64,000 nucleotides of DNA from Bacteroidota bacterium (GTDB taxonomy: Bacteria > Bacteroidota > Bacteroidia > Cytophagales > Cyclobacteriaceae). The stretch covers positions 829 through 64,828 of the forward strand of contig JBJOOF010000043.1 in assembly GCA_046051425.1 (NCBI GenBank). The letters run 5' to 3'. The translations under genes and the position numbers were made by a program. The notes under the pieces were generated by a model. The model had not been told where the DNA came from. It saw only the letters and a list, made by a program, of their open reading frames with translations, and searched no databases. Shown one piece after another: positions 9,153 through 18,044 of the stretch; positions within the stretch are counted from its first letter, which is position 1; each line of letters opens with the position of its first letter.

Positions 9153-10508
9153 ATGAACCTAAGTATTTTTCGAAATTTTATTTTTAGGGCTTCTCTCTTC
9201 TCATTAATTCTAATTAATTTCTCTTGTGGATTTAATTCCAATGGATCCTCTACATCCAAAGTTGTTCAGGATATTGAGGCACCTGTTAGCACAGTCAAGA
9301 GTAGGCCAAATATCTCGGAATTGACCCAAGAGCAAATCCGGAGTTATGCTAAAATCAACTCTTGTTATCTACCTCTTTTAAAAGATAGTACACTCTATCC
9401 GGATAACAAACGATCCTTCTTTTCATGGAATGAACTATTAAATGACTCCTTAGCAAAGGATAACCCCTATCGAAATCGATATTTGGTTGGGGATTTTATG
9501 GCCTTGGATGAAAATTTGCAGAACCTTGGTATCGAAGAAATAAATCCTGATTTATCTAAGCTTCTTGATTTTGAGAAATACAATCAAGAGTTATTCTCCT
9601 TGATGGACGCTGCAGTTGATTCTAAAGACAGTGAAACAGCTTTGTTTGCTTACATCAAGAAAAACTATCCTGAGGATAGCGAAGTTTTGACAAACTTTTA
9701 TTCTAAAATCTGGAAATTTAAGACTCCTGCTTTGAATAAGAAATTTGCGGTAATTAACAATAAAGCTTTTGCCTTAGGCCAAAAGCTTTGTCTTTGCGAG
9801 GCAAAGCAAGACACTCTTTTACTTATATCTCGGTTTTCAACTTCTGCAAAAAGCCTAATTCCTTCGGAAAAGAAAGATGAAACTGGGAAGGTTTTATCCA
9901 CCTCGTATGTGAGAAGCTTACCAATTGGCAAAACTAGAAGCTATTATGGAGCTCAATATTTGATCACATCCAAAAATTGGGAAACAGCTAGAAAGTATGA
10001 AAACTTAGATAAGTTTCATGATGAAAAATTGGGAGGCGGAAATAATCGAGTAACCTTTTTTAAAACAGGGGCTCAGCTCCCTAATTTCCTCCTGATGACT
10101 CCAGGGAAGGATTATCCTAAAGCTATGAGGCAAAATGGGATCCATGAAGTTGCGCTTTCAGGACTTTCCATGGGAATGCTTGGTTCTGCCAATAGCATTG
10201 GTTGTATTCGGGTTACAGATTTTGGATCAAAATTCGTTCGTTGGTGGGTTCCTCAGAATGCCAAATTCTTTATTTTATACGCTGAAAACCGTTATTTTTC
10301 AGAATTACCTATTGAATCCCTTGAGCAATATTTGCCCTTTAAAAATGAAGAAGAGGGAAATGCATTTCGAAAATGGTTGATAGAAACCAAGCCATTGAAA
10401 GCCTCTCAGTTAGAAATTGATTTGACAGGGAAATACGATAATGGGCATATTCTGGAAGCCTACAATCTCTATGGTAAAGAATATGATGCTTACCAATCAA
10501 ATCGTTAG
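9153..10508 (+). CDS. Lipoprotein with divergent YkuD-type L,D-transpeptidase domain
   Basis: Lipobox NFSC; GIH331-x16-SIGC351IRV matches H-x14-17-[ST]HGC with His to Ile; RFSTS, LPNFLLM and WWVP...FFI elements fit the YkuD topology. Confidence 0.65.
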   Translation: MNLSIFRNFIFRASLFSLILINFSCGFNSNGSSTSKVVQDIEAPVSTVKSRPNISELTQEQIRSYAKINSCYLPLLKDSTLYPDNKRSFFSWNELLNDSLAKDNPYRNRYLVGDFMALDENLQNLGIEEINPDLSKLLDFEKYNQELFSLMDAAVDSKDSETALFAYIKKNYPEDSEVLTNFYSKIWKFKTPALNKKFAVINNKAFALGQKLCLCEAKQDTLLLISRFSTSAKSLIPSEKKDETGKVLSTSYVRSLPIGKTRSYYGAQYLITSKNWETARKYENLDKFHDEKLGGGNNRVTFFKTGAQLPNFLLMTPGKDYPKAMRQNGIHEVALSGLSMGMLGSANSIGCIRVTDFGSKFVRWWVPQNAKFFILYAENRYFSELPIESLEQYLPFKNEEEGNAFRKWLIETKPLKASQLEIDLTGKYDNGHILEAYNLYGKEYDAYQSNR

Positions 10509-10622
10509 GTTAATCGTATAATTTACGGGTTCCTAGGGCACTAAATCATCAAGCTTTTCGTTTTGGCAGTAGAATTGCTTTGTTTATACTTTTAGATTTC
10601 TACCACACTAAATTTTACTGCC

Positions 10623-11219
10623 ATGAAAAAACTAGCATTAATTGTCTTAGTTACCCTGAGTTCACTCTCCCTCTATGCCCAAAAGAATGGGGTAGGCATC
10701 AAAGCGGGATTGAGTAGTACAAAAGTAGATTTTGAAGGAGAGCAACTTGTTCCTAGCGATGCACAGATGGGGTATCATCTTGGAGTATTTGCACGATTTG
10801 GAGGGGTTGGTTTTTTTGTTCAACCTGAGGTATTGTTTACGCAGACATCTGGGAGTTTTAAATTGGAACTCCCGGCGACTCCCAGTTCAAATAAGAATTA
10901 TGAAGCCAAGTTTAATCGCTTGGATGTACCTGTAATGGCTGGATTTAGAATGTTGAAAGTAATTCGAATCATGGCAGGACCTATTGCAAGCTTTAACATT
11001 GACTCCTCTTTGAAAGATGCGGGTACTACTGTACAAAACATAGACTTCAAAAAGGCTACACTCGGCTACCAAACGGGTGTCGGCGTGGATTTAGGTAACC
11101 TTTCCATTGAAGGAAAATACGAAGGAGGTCTGAGTAAATTCACGGAGAATGTGGGTTCCTATACCGCGGACAACCGACTCAATCAATGGGTACTTTCGGT
11201 AGGGTTTAAACTATTCTAA
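10623..11219 (+). CDS. Outer membrane beta-barrel protein (porin/PorT-like family)
   Basis: Signal peptide; GIKAGL, FVQPEVLF, LDVPVMAG; C-terminal SVGFKLF. Confidence 0.85.
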   Translation: MKKLALIVLVTLSSLSLYAQKNGVGIKAGLSSTKVDFEGEQLVPSDAQMGYHLGVFARFGGVGFFVQPEVLFTQTSGSFKLELPATPSSNKNYEAKFNRLDVPVMAGFRMLKVIRIMAGPIASFNIDSSLKDAGTTVQNIDFKKATLGYQTGVGVDLGNLSIEGKYEGGLSKFTENVGSYTADNRLNQWVLSVGFKLF

Positions 11220-11257
11220 CCTTCAACTCCTCAATAAAAGCCGAGCTTAAATCCATA

Positions 11258-11295
11258 AAAAAGCCCTTCCAAATTCAATTTTGGAAGGGCTTTTT
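11258..11295. terminator. Bidirectional rho-independent terminator
   Basis: AAAAAGCCCTTCCAAA-TTCAAT-TTTGGAAGGGCTTTTT between convergent genes. Confidence 0.88.
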
Positions 11296-11310
11296 GCTGT
11301 AAGACTTGAT

Positions 11311-13821
11311 TTATTTTTTCTCCATCACCAAAGGCGCTGGAGTAGCCCATTGGTGGATAGGCTTCAGATCCACTACATAGATACTTCGGCCGTGAGTACC
11401 GATCACTAGGTGATTTTCACGGTCCTGGATGACCATGTCATAGATGGCTACGTTCGGGATTTGGCCTTGGAATAGGTTCCAGTTTTTGCCTGCATCCAAA
11501 CTTACATACAGTCCATGGTCTGTACCCAAATACAGAAGGTTGGGCATCTTTGGATCTTCAATGATGATATTTACCGACTCGTTTGGCAAGTTGGAAGCGA
11601 TAGATGTCCAGGTCTTGCCATAGTCTTCACTTCTATAGACAAAGCTCGTAAACTCATCATAACGATAGCCATTCAGTGTAATGTAAACCAGTCCTTCCTT
11701 GTAGTTGGAGGGAGAAATACTGCTCACCCAACGATCTTGGGGAAGGCCAGCATTCAAGCTGGTCCAGCTGCCGCCATTGTTGCGCGTTACCCAGACATTT
11801 CCGTCATCCGATCCTGCATAGAGGGTTCCAAATTCAAGCGGGGATTCTTCCACTACGGATAGGGTGGCAAAAGGCACATTGCCACTTTTTTGATTTTTGG
11901 TGAGATCGGGAGAGATCGTAGTCCAAGTATTTCCTTGATCTAAAGACTGGTATACGTATTGGGAACCCATGTAGACGATGTCCTGGTTGTGGTAGCTAAG
12001 CTCTGCTGGAGTTCTCCAGTTCCAACGGTTTGGAGCCTTTCCGATATCGTGGCCTGGGGTGATGCGCTTGCGCTCATTGGTCTTTTTATTGATGCGCACA
12101 TAGTTTCCAAACTGGGAACCGGTGTAGACGATGTCGTTGTTGCGGGTGTCAACTGCCACGACCATGCCATCGCCGCCGTAGAGGGACTCCCAAGGATCCT
12201 CAGGTGCATTGGTGGATTTGCCATACCATACCCCATTGTCTTGCATGCCGCCATAAATGTTGTAAGGAGTGGCATTGTCTACCATGACGGAATAGAACTG
12301 GGAAATTGGCATTTGGGTGTTGAGGTGATCCCATCGAGAACCTCCTCCATAGCTTCTGTACAAGCCGCCATCGTTGCCAAGTAGGATGTGCTTGGAATCT
12401 TTAGGGTTGATCCACATGGCCTGGTGGTCGGAGTGCGGTCTGCCGATGGAGTCGGTTCGGGAAAAGTTCTTTCCTCCGTCACGAGACACCAAAAGCGGTA
12501 CGCCCAATACAAAGATTTCATTTTCGTCGGATGTGCTTACTCGAATCTCACCGAACCAATAGCCGTAGGAATTGTACAATTGGCTGATGTCTGACTCAGA
12601 TACCAAGGACCAATTTTTTCCGCTATCCGTGGAGCGGTACACTTCAGCACCTTTGATGGGAGCACCAAACATCGCTGCATTGGCATCCACTGCGCCTCCT
12701 AGGTAGTTGGCAATTTGGGTAGTGGTGATTTTACCGGTTTTTAACTGTCGCTTCAGTTCGGCAGGAGTGTACTTGCTAGCAAACTGGTTTCTTCGGATAA
12801 AAGACTCCAATTTCTTGTCTTCCAAAGCCAAGGCTTGGTCGAGGGTCATGGTAGCAAAGTCTTCCAACTTGATTGGATTTTCTTCAGGCTGAGCCCCAGG
12901 GCGTTGTCTTGGAGCAGGAGCGGGCTTATCCGATTTTGCTTGATTGTCCAAAAGCGCATAAACCACTTCAGGACTTGTAAGGCTGAAATCAAATCCGATT
13001 CTGCCTACAAATTCATCTTGTGGAAATCCATTCACCGATTTTTTCCAGGTATCTCCTCCGTCTTCTGATCTCCAGATGGTAGAGCCTTTGCCATTGCCGA
13101 TAAAGTCATGCGCCTGGCGGAATCGCTCCCAGCTTGCTGCAAGAAGTATGTTTGGATTGGTAGGATGCAGTTTGATGTCAATGATGCCTGTGTTGTCGTC
13201 AATGTAGAGTACCTTCTTCCAGGTTTTGCCTCCATCGATGGTCTTGTAGAGACCTCTTTCTTTGTTTTTGGAGTACAATGAACCCATGGAACCAACCCAT
13301 ACGATATCTGGATTGGTAGGGTGAATTTGAATTTGTCCAGTGTGCTGGGAGTGAAGCAAGCCCATCATTTGCCAGCTTTTACCGCCATCGACTGATTTGT
13401 AGAGGCCTGCACCTGCATAGGTGGATCTACTGGAGTTATTTTCTCCTGTACCCACCCAGAGAATTTCATTGTTGGATTTGGATAGGGCCATGGCACCGAT
13501 GCCTAATGCCGCTTGGTGATCAAAAATCGGCGCAAATGACTGTCCGTTATCTGTAGTTTTCCAAACCCCACCTGAAGCTGCAGCCACATAAAAAGTGTTT
13601 GGATTTGAAGCTACCTCAATGTCAATGATTCGTCCAGACATATTGGTGGGTCCCACGTTTTTGGCTTTGAAATCAGCCAGAGGAGAGGAGGAAAGTAAAG
13701 CGCTATGCTTGTTTATGGACTCCTGAAGTGCTTTTTCTGAAGTTGGAGAGATGGTTTGAGCGCCAACTTCCAAGGTTAGGAGACCGCCAACGAGCAGGAG
13801 AGCGAGGGTTGATTTTTTCAT
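11311..13821 (-). CDS. Secreted BNR/Asp-box (VPS10/sortilin-like) beta-propeller protein, putative glycosyl hydrolase
   Basis: Signal peptide; GPTNMSGRI; many S/T-xDGGKT/SW Asp boxes; C-terminal IGTHGRS. Confidence 0.85.
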   Translation of the reverse strand: MKKSTLALLLVGGLLTLEVGAQTISPTSEKALQESINKHSALLSSSPLADFKAKNVGPTNMSGRIIDIEVASNPNTFYVAAASGGVWKTTDNGQSFAPIFDHQAALGIGAMALSKSNNEILWVGTGENNSSRSTYAGAGLYKSVDGGKSWQMMGLLHSQHTGQIQIHPTNPDIVWVGSMGSLYSKNKERGLYKTIDGGKTWKKVLYIDDNTGIIDIKLHPTNPNILLAASWERFRQAHDFIGNGKGSTIWRSEDGGDTWKKSVNGFPQDEFVGRIGFDFSLTSPEVVYALLDNQAKSDKPAPAPRQRPGAQPEENPIKLEDFATMTLDQALALEDKKLESFIRRNQFASKYTPAELKRQLKTGKITTTQIANYLGGAVDANAAMFGAPIKGAEVYRSTDSGKNWSLVSESDISQLYNSYGYWFGEIRVSTSDENEIFVLGVPLLVSRDGGKNFSRTDSIGRPHSDHQAMWINPKDSKHILLGNDGGLYRSYGGGSRWDHLNTQMPISQFYSVMVDNATPYNIYGGMQDNGVWYGKSTNAPEDPWESLYGGDGMVVAVDTRNNDIVYTGSQFGNYVRINKKTNERKRITPGHDIGKAPNRWNWRTPAELSYHNQDIVYMGSQYVYQSLDQGNTWTTISPDLTKNQKSGNVPFATLSVVEESPLEFGTLYAGSDDGNVWVTRNNGGSWTSLNAGLPQDRWVSSISPSNYKEGLVYITLNGYRYDEFTSFVYRSEDYGKTWTSIASNLPNESVNIIIEDPKMPNLLYLGTDHGLYVSLDAGKNWNLFQGQIPNVAIYDMVIQDRENHLVIGTHGRSIYVVDLKPIHQWATPAPLVMEKK

Positions 13822-13969
13822 AGTGAATAGAATAAGTACTTCAAGTTAGAAATTCAAGATGGATTCGGATGGAAAATTAGATAAACCGAATTTTAAGCGT
13901 GTAAAAGGTAACGAAGGCTAGTCCGAACAAAAAGGAGCAGACTAGTTCCTTAATTGAAAACAGGATTTC

Positions 13970-14665
13970 TTAGCCAATCAAGTTGCCGGCATCATCCCAA
14001 ACGGCCACTTTACTTCGGTCATCTGGTTTGAGGTATACGCCAGCATATTTTTCAGGATTGGATAGGCCATGTTTGGCAAGTACCGCAGCGGGAACTCCAT
14101 CCCAGACGTTCGGCACGTTGCCTTGGTAGCCCATGTAGTTCCATCCTTCTTGGGTAGAAAAATACCCGGAACAAGTGAGGTTACGAAGCATGTTGAACCA
14201 GCGTACTCCTCCTTGGTAGTCCTCACCCGCTTTATCTGGCCAGGCGACCAGGTCGATGATGGTTTGTACCTGAGTGGCGTCCAAGTCATTGAACCCCTTG
14301 CCAAATAATTCTTGAGCTTCAAAGTCCAGCCACATCAGTCCACCTCGCATGGGTGTTTGCATGCTGGGCTGATCCTTCATCATGAATTCGATAAAGGCAG
14401 GTACCCCAAGAGCAGTGGCAGCTGGAGATTGTTCGTCAGCCGGCATTATGAGGTCCACCAGTGTCGTGATTTTCTTCAGTTCTTCTTCTGTGAAAAATTT
14501 TTCAGCAAGTAGTTTTGCGTCTCTGACTTTTTCCTCCTCGGTACGACCTCCGGGAGTTCCAATCACTTCCCCCTGCAATTTGACTTGCTCTGGCTCGCAG
14601 CCTAGCAACAAGCCTGCCCCAATAGAACCCGCAAAGAGTAGTTTTAAATTTTCTCTTCTATTCAT
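13970..14665 (-). CDS. Gluconate 2-dehydrogenase subunit 3 family protein (Tat-exported partner of the GMC enzyme)
   Basis: MNRRENLK twin-arginine signal; DLIMPAD...ATALGVPAFIE; GYFST...YQGN. Confidence 0.88.
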   Translation of the reverse strand: MNRRENLKLLFAGSIGAGLLLGCEPEQVKLQGEVIGTPGGRTEEEKVRDAKLLAEKFFTEEELKKITTLVDLIMPADEQSPAATALGVPAFIEFMMKDQPSMQTPMRGGLMWLDFEAQELFGKGFNDLDATQVQTIIDLVAWPDKAGEDYQGGVRWFNMLRNLTCSGYFSTQEGWNYMGYQGNVPNVWDGVPAAVLAKHGLSNPEKYAGVYLKPDDRSKVAVWDDAGNLIG

Positions 14666-14668
14666 GGC

Positions 14669-16411
14669 CTAGATGTTTTTTTGTTTGAGCTGTTCGATGA
14701 TGTAATCGGAAGTTCTCCAAGACAAGGCCAAAATGGTCCAAGTTGGATTTTTGTCTGCTTGGGATACAAAAGGTCCTGCATCCACCACAAATAGGTTTTT
14801 GCAGCTATGCAGTTGGCAGTTGGAATTGACCACAGAAGATTTGGGATCGTTGCCCATACGGGTAGTCCCTACTTCGTGGATAATGCGTCCTGGGCCTGCA
14901 AGTCCATACATGCTCTCAGGCCCAGGTTTGGTTCCTAGGAGTGTTGCCCCTGCATTGGTCAATATCTCCTCAAAGGTGTCTTGCATGTGTTTGGCCTGCT
15001 TGATTTCCTGGTCGGTCCATTTGTAATGGAACCGAAGTACTGGAATCCCGTAAGTGTCGACCACATTTGGATCGATCTCGCAGTAATTGCTGTACTGGGG
15101 AATACTTTCCCCGCGGCCAGACATGCCCAGGGTCGATCCATAAATTCGACGGATATCTTTTTTGAGGCCCGCTCCATAGCCCCCATTCGGGCTAGGATTG
15201 CCAAATTCATCCTTGAGGTACTTCCGCATACTATCCATGCTGCCTCCTGCCCCGTAGGCGGGCTGACCCATGCCTCCCCAATACTCAATGTGGTAGCCAC
15301 GGGCAAAGTCCAGTTTCTTGTTGTCCTTCCACCAAGGGGTGTACATGTGCATGCCACCGACGCCATCTTCGTTGTAGCGATCTCGGTCGATCAGGTCGGG
15401 GAGTATTCCCATTCGATCTGCGCCCGTGGAGTCGTGAAGGTACCTCCCCAAAACGCCTGAATCTGCTCCTATGCCATCGGGATGTGCCTTGGATTTGGAA
15501 TTCATCAAGATACGCGCAGACTCACATGCGGAGGCTCCTAGGACCACTACTCTTGACTTCAATTTGTATTCCTTTCGGTCTATCTTGGACACAAAGGATA
15601 CGCCATTGGCTTTGCCAGTATCATCCGTTGTTACCTTTCGCACCATCGAATAGGTAAATAAGTCCACCTTTCCTTTTTTCATGGCAGGATGGATCAAGCA
15701 GGTTCCTGAGGAAAAATCCGCATAAGCCTGACAGGCACGGTTGCATTGATTACAGAAAAAACAAACGCCGCGCTCCGCATTGATCGGACGGGTAAGCATG
15801 GAAAGTCTTCCTGGGATCATCGGGATGCCTGCCTTGTCTGCCCCTCTTTTGATGAAAAGTTCGTGCAGTCTGGGCTTGGGAGGAGGGAGGAAAAAGCCAT
15901 CTGGCTCGTTGAAAATCCCTTCTTTAGAACCAAAAACTCCGATCAGCTTGTCCACCTTATCGTAATACGGCTTCAGGTCATCGTAGCCTATCGGCCAATC
16001 GTGACCCATGCCATCGATGCTGGCGCGCTTGAAGTCATTGGGTCCAAAACGAAGGGAAATTCTACCCCAGTGGTTGGTTCTACCGCCTACCATTCGGGAT
16101 CGAAACCAGTCAAATTGCGTTCCATCCTTCCGCGTGTACGGTTCACCATCAATTTCCCATCCCCCAATGGCTTGATCAAAATCTCCAAAGGGACGGATTT
16201 TGGTGCCCGCACCCCTTCTTGGGGATTCCCAAGGTGGGCGAAGCTGGGTCCGATCTTCTTCTTTGGCGGGATCGAAATCTCCACCGGCTTCCACCACGGC
16301 AACAGAAAGGCCTGCTTCGGAAAGAATTTTGGAGGCCATGCCTCCGCCAGCTCCCGAACCAACAATGATGACGTCGTAACTATCTTGGGTTTCTTTGATT
16401 TGTAAGGCCAT
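14669..16411 (-). CDS. GMC family FAD oxidoreductase (glycoside 3-dehydrogenase-like large subunit)
   Basis: DVIIVGSGAGG, VGGRTNHWG, Cys cluster CFFCNQCNRAC, HEVGTTRMG, KNPTWTILAL. Confidence 0.92.
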   Translation of the reverse strand: MALQIKETQDSYDVIIVGSGAGGGMASKILSEAGLSVAVVEAGGDFDPAKEEDRTQLRPPWESPRRGAGTKIRPFGDFDQAIGGWEIDGEPYTRKDGTQFDWFRSRMVGGRTNHWGRISLRFGPNDFKRASIDGMGHDWPIGYDDLKPYYDKVDKLIGVFGSKEGIFNEPDGFFLPPPKPRLHELFIKRGADKAGIPMIPGRLSMLTRPINAERGVCFFCNQCNRACQAYADFSSGTCLIHPAMKKGKVDLFTYSMVRKVTTDDTGKANGVSFVSKIDRKEYKLKSRVVVLGASACESARILMNSKSKAHPDGIGADSGVLGRYLHDSTGADRMGILPDLIDRDRYNEDGVGGMHMYTPWWKDNKKLDFARGYHIEYWGGMGQPAYGAGGSMDSMRKYLKDEFGNPSPNGGYGAGLKKDIRRIYGSTLGMSGRGESIPQYSNYCEIDPNVVDTYGIPVLRFHYKWTDQEIKQAKHMQDTFEEILTNAGATLLGTKPGPESMYGLAGPGRIIHEVGTTRMGNDPKSSVVNSNCQLHSCKNLFVVDAGPFVSQADKNPTWTILALSWRTSDYIIEQLKQKNI

Positions 16412-16473
16412 AAACGGATGGGGTTGAATCGAACTAAACTAGCAATTACTGGTCAACTTAGAAAGTTGAAAAC

Positions 16474-17151
16474 TTACAGTGCTTTTGAAATGAAGGGCCA
16501 CAAGGTTTCCATCACGATGCGATGGCCTTCTGGGGTAGGATGGATTCCGTCAGGAAGATTGAGGTCCGGATTGCCTGCCACACCTTCCAGTAGAAAAGGA
16601 ATCAATTCGATGTTTTTTTCCTTAGCCACAGCTGGGTAAATGGCTTTGAACTCTTCGGTGTATTCTTTTCCCATGTTGGGCGGTATCTGCATGCCCGCTA
16701 GGATGATCTTCGTGTTGGGGTATTTTGCTTGCACCTTGTCGACAATTGCCAATAGGTTTTTCTTGGTTTCGGTGAGTGGAATGCCGCGCAAGCCGTCATT
16801 GCCTCCCAATTCAAGCACAAATAAATAGGGCTCCTCTTCCAAAAACCAATCCAGGCGACTCAAGCCACCGGCGGTAGTTTCTCCACTCAATCCTCCATTA
16901 ATGACGCGATATTCTTTTTTCAAGCTGTCCAATCGCGTTTGAATTCTACCTGCAAAGGATTCTTCTGGGTCAATGCCATAGCCTGCGGTGAGGCTATTCC
17001 CAAAGAATAGGATTGTTTTTTTCGCGGTAGATTCCGCTACTTGATCTCCATTCTCTGCCTGTGTTTTTTCTGGATTTGAGCCACAGGAGCTGAGGAAGGA
17101 GATTATTCCTAAAAGGAGAACTAAAACGACTCCATTAAATCTTGATTTCAT
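16474..17151 (-). CDS. SGNH/GDSL arylesterase (TesA-like), lipoprotein
   Basis: Lipobox LSSC; FFGNSLTAGYG, GLSGETT, ELGGNDG, DGIHP; divergent from the YbbAP-like ABC genes. Confidence 0.9.
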   Translation of the reverse strand: MKSRFNGVVLVLLLGIISFLSSCGSNPEKTQAENGDQVAESTAKKTILFFGNSLTAGYGIDPEESFAGRIQTRLDSLKKEYRVINGGLSGETTAGGLSRLDWFLEEEPYLFVLELGGNDGLRGIPLTETKKNLLAIVDKVQAKYPNTKIILAGMQIPPNMGKEYTEEFKAIYPAVAKEKNIELIPFLLEGVAGNPDLNLPDGIHPTPEGHRIVMETLWPFISKAL

Positions 17152-17366
17152 AGTAACTGGGTTAACTTTTCCTTTTTCAAAGGAAATTTTTGTTTTTTTA
17201 AACAATTGAGGACCCATTGGTCGACCAAATGCTGCCATCTGTCGAACCTAGGTTCCTAGGATGCTGTAATTTTGTTTTCTTTGCTCGAATTCCAAAGTAA
17301 TTTGTGCAATTGCCAACAAATTAGTCAAAAATAGCGTTTTCCTAATTCAACTTCTTTACCTTCTAC

Positions 17367-18044
17367 ATGTCCATTTTAGCCCTTCAACACGTCAGTAAAA
17401 CCTACCAAAGTGGAAGCCGCAAGCTCACGGTTTTAGATCAGGTCACTTTTTCCATTCAAGCCGGAGAAACCATTGCCATTGTCGGTCCATCAGGAAGTGG
17501 GAAAACTACCCTTTTGGGTTTGTGTGCAGGTCTAGATTCCAGTTCCACCGGATCCGTGGTCCTGAATGGAGAAGCCTTGGAGCGCTTGAATGAAGACCAG
17601 CGTGCAGCAGTACGGAGTCGGGACGTGGGATTTATATTCCAAAATTTTCAGCTGCTTCCCACCCTCACCGCGCTGGAGAATGTGATGGTGCCACTGGAGT
17701 TGAAAAAAAGACCGAATGCCAAGGAAAAGGCCATGGAATTACTCGATAAAGTAGGATTGAAAGATCGAGCGACGCATTACCCGACCCAACTTTCAGGCGG
17801 GGAACAGCAGCGTGTGTCCATTGCTAGGGCCTTTGCGAATGCGCCCAAAATACTTTTTGCCGATGAGCCTACGGGTAACTTGGATACCGAAACAGGAACG
17901 ATGATTGAAAATTTGATTTTCGACTTGAATAAAGAACAGGGAACTACGCTGGTGTTGGTGACGCACGACTTGGAATTGGCTGCCAAAACCCAGCGCATCA
18001 TTCACATCAAGGGCGGAAAAATACAGGAGGAGGCCCATGCCTGA
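17367..18044 (+). CDS. ABC transporter ATP-binding protein (YbbA/LolD-like)
   Basis: GPSGSGKTT, LSGGEQQR, FADEPTGNLD, LVTHD. Confidence 0.95.
   Translation: MSILALQHVSKTYQSGSRKLTVLDQVTFSIQAGETIAIVGPSGSGKTTLLGLCAGLDSSSTGSVVLNGEALERLNEDQRAAVRSRDVGFIFQNFQLLPTLTALENVMVPLELKKRPNAKEKAMELLDKVGLKDRATHYPTQLSGGEQQRVSIARAFANAPKILFADEPTGNLDTETGTMIENLIFDLNKEQGTTLVLVTHDLELAAKTQRIIHIKGGKIQEEAHA

Noticed and set aside
15746-16405. 219-aa antisense ORF over the GMC gene, and the many other antisense ORFs in the track
   Set aside because: Antisense shadows of conserved genes with no independent coding signal.
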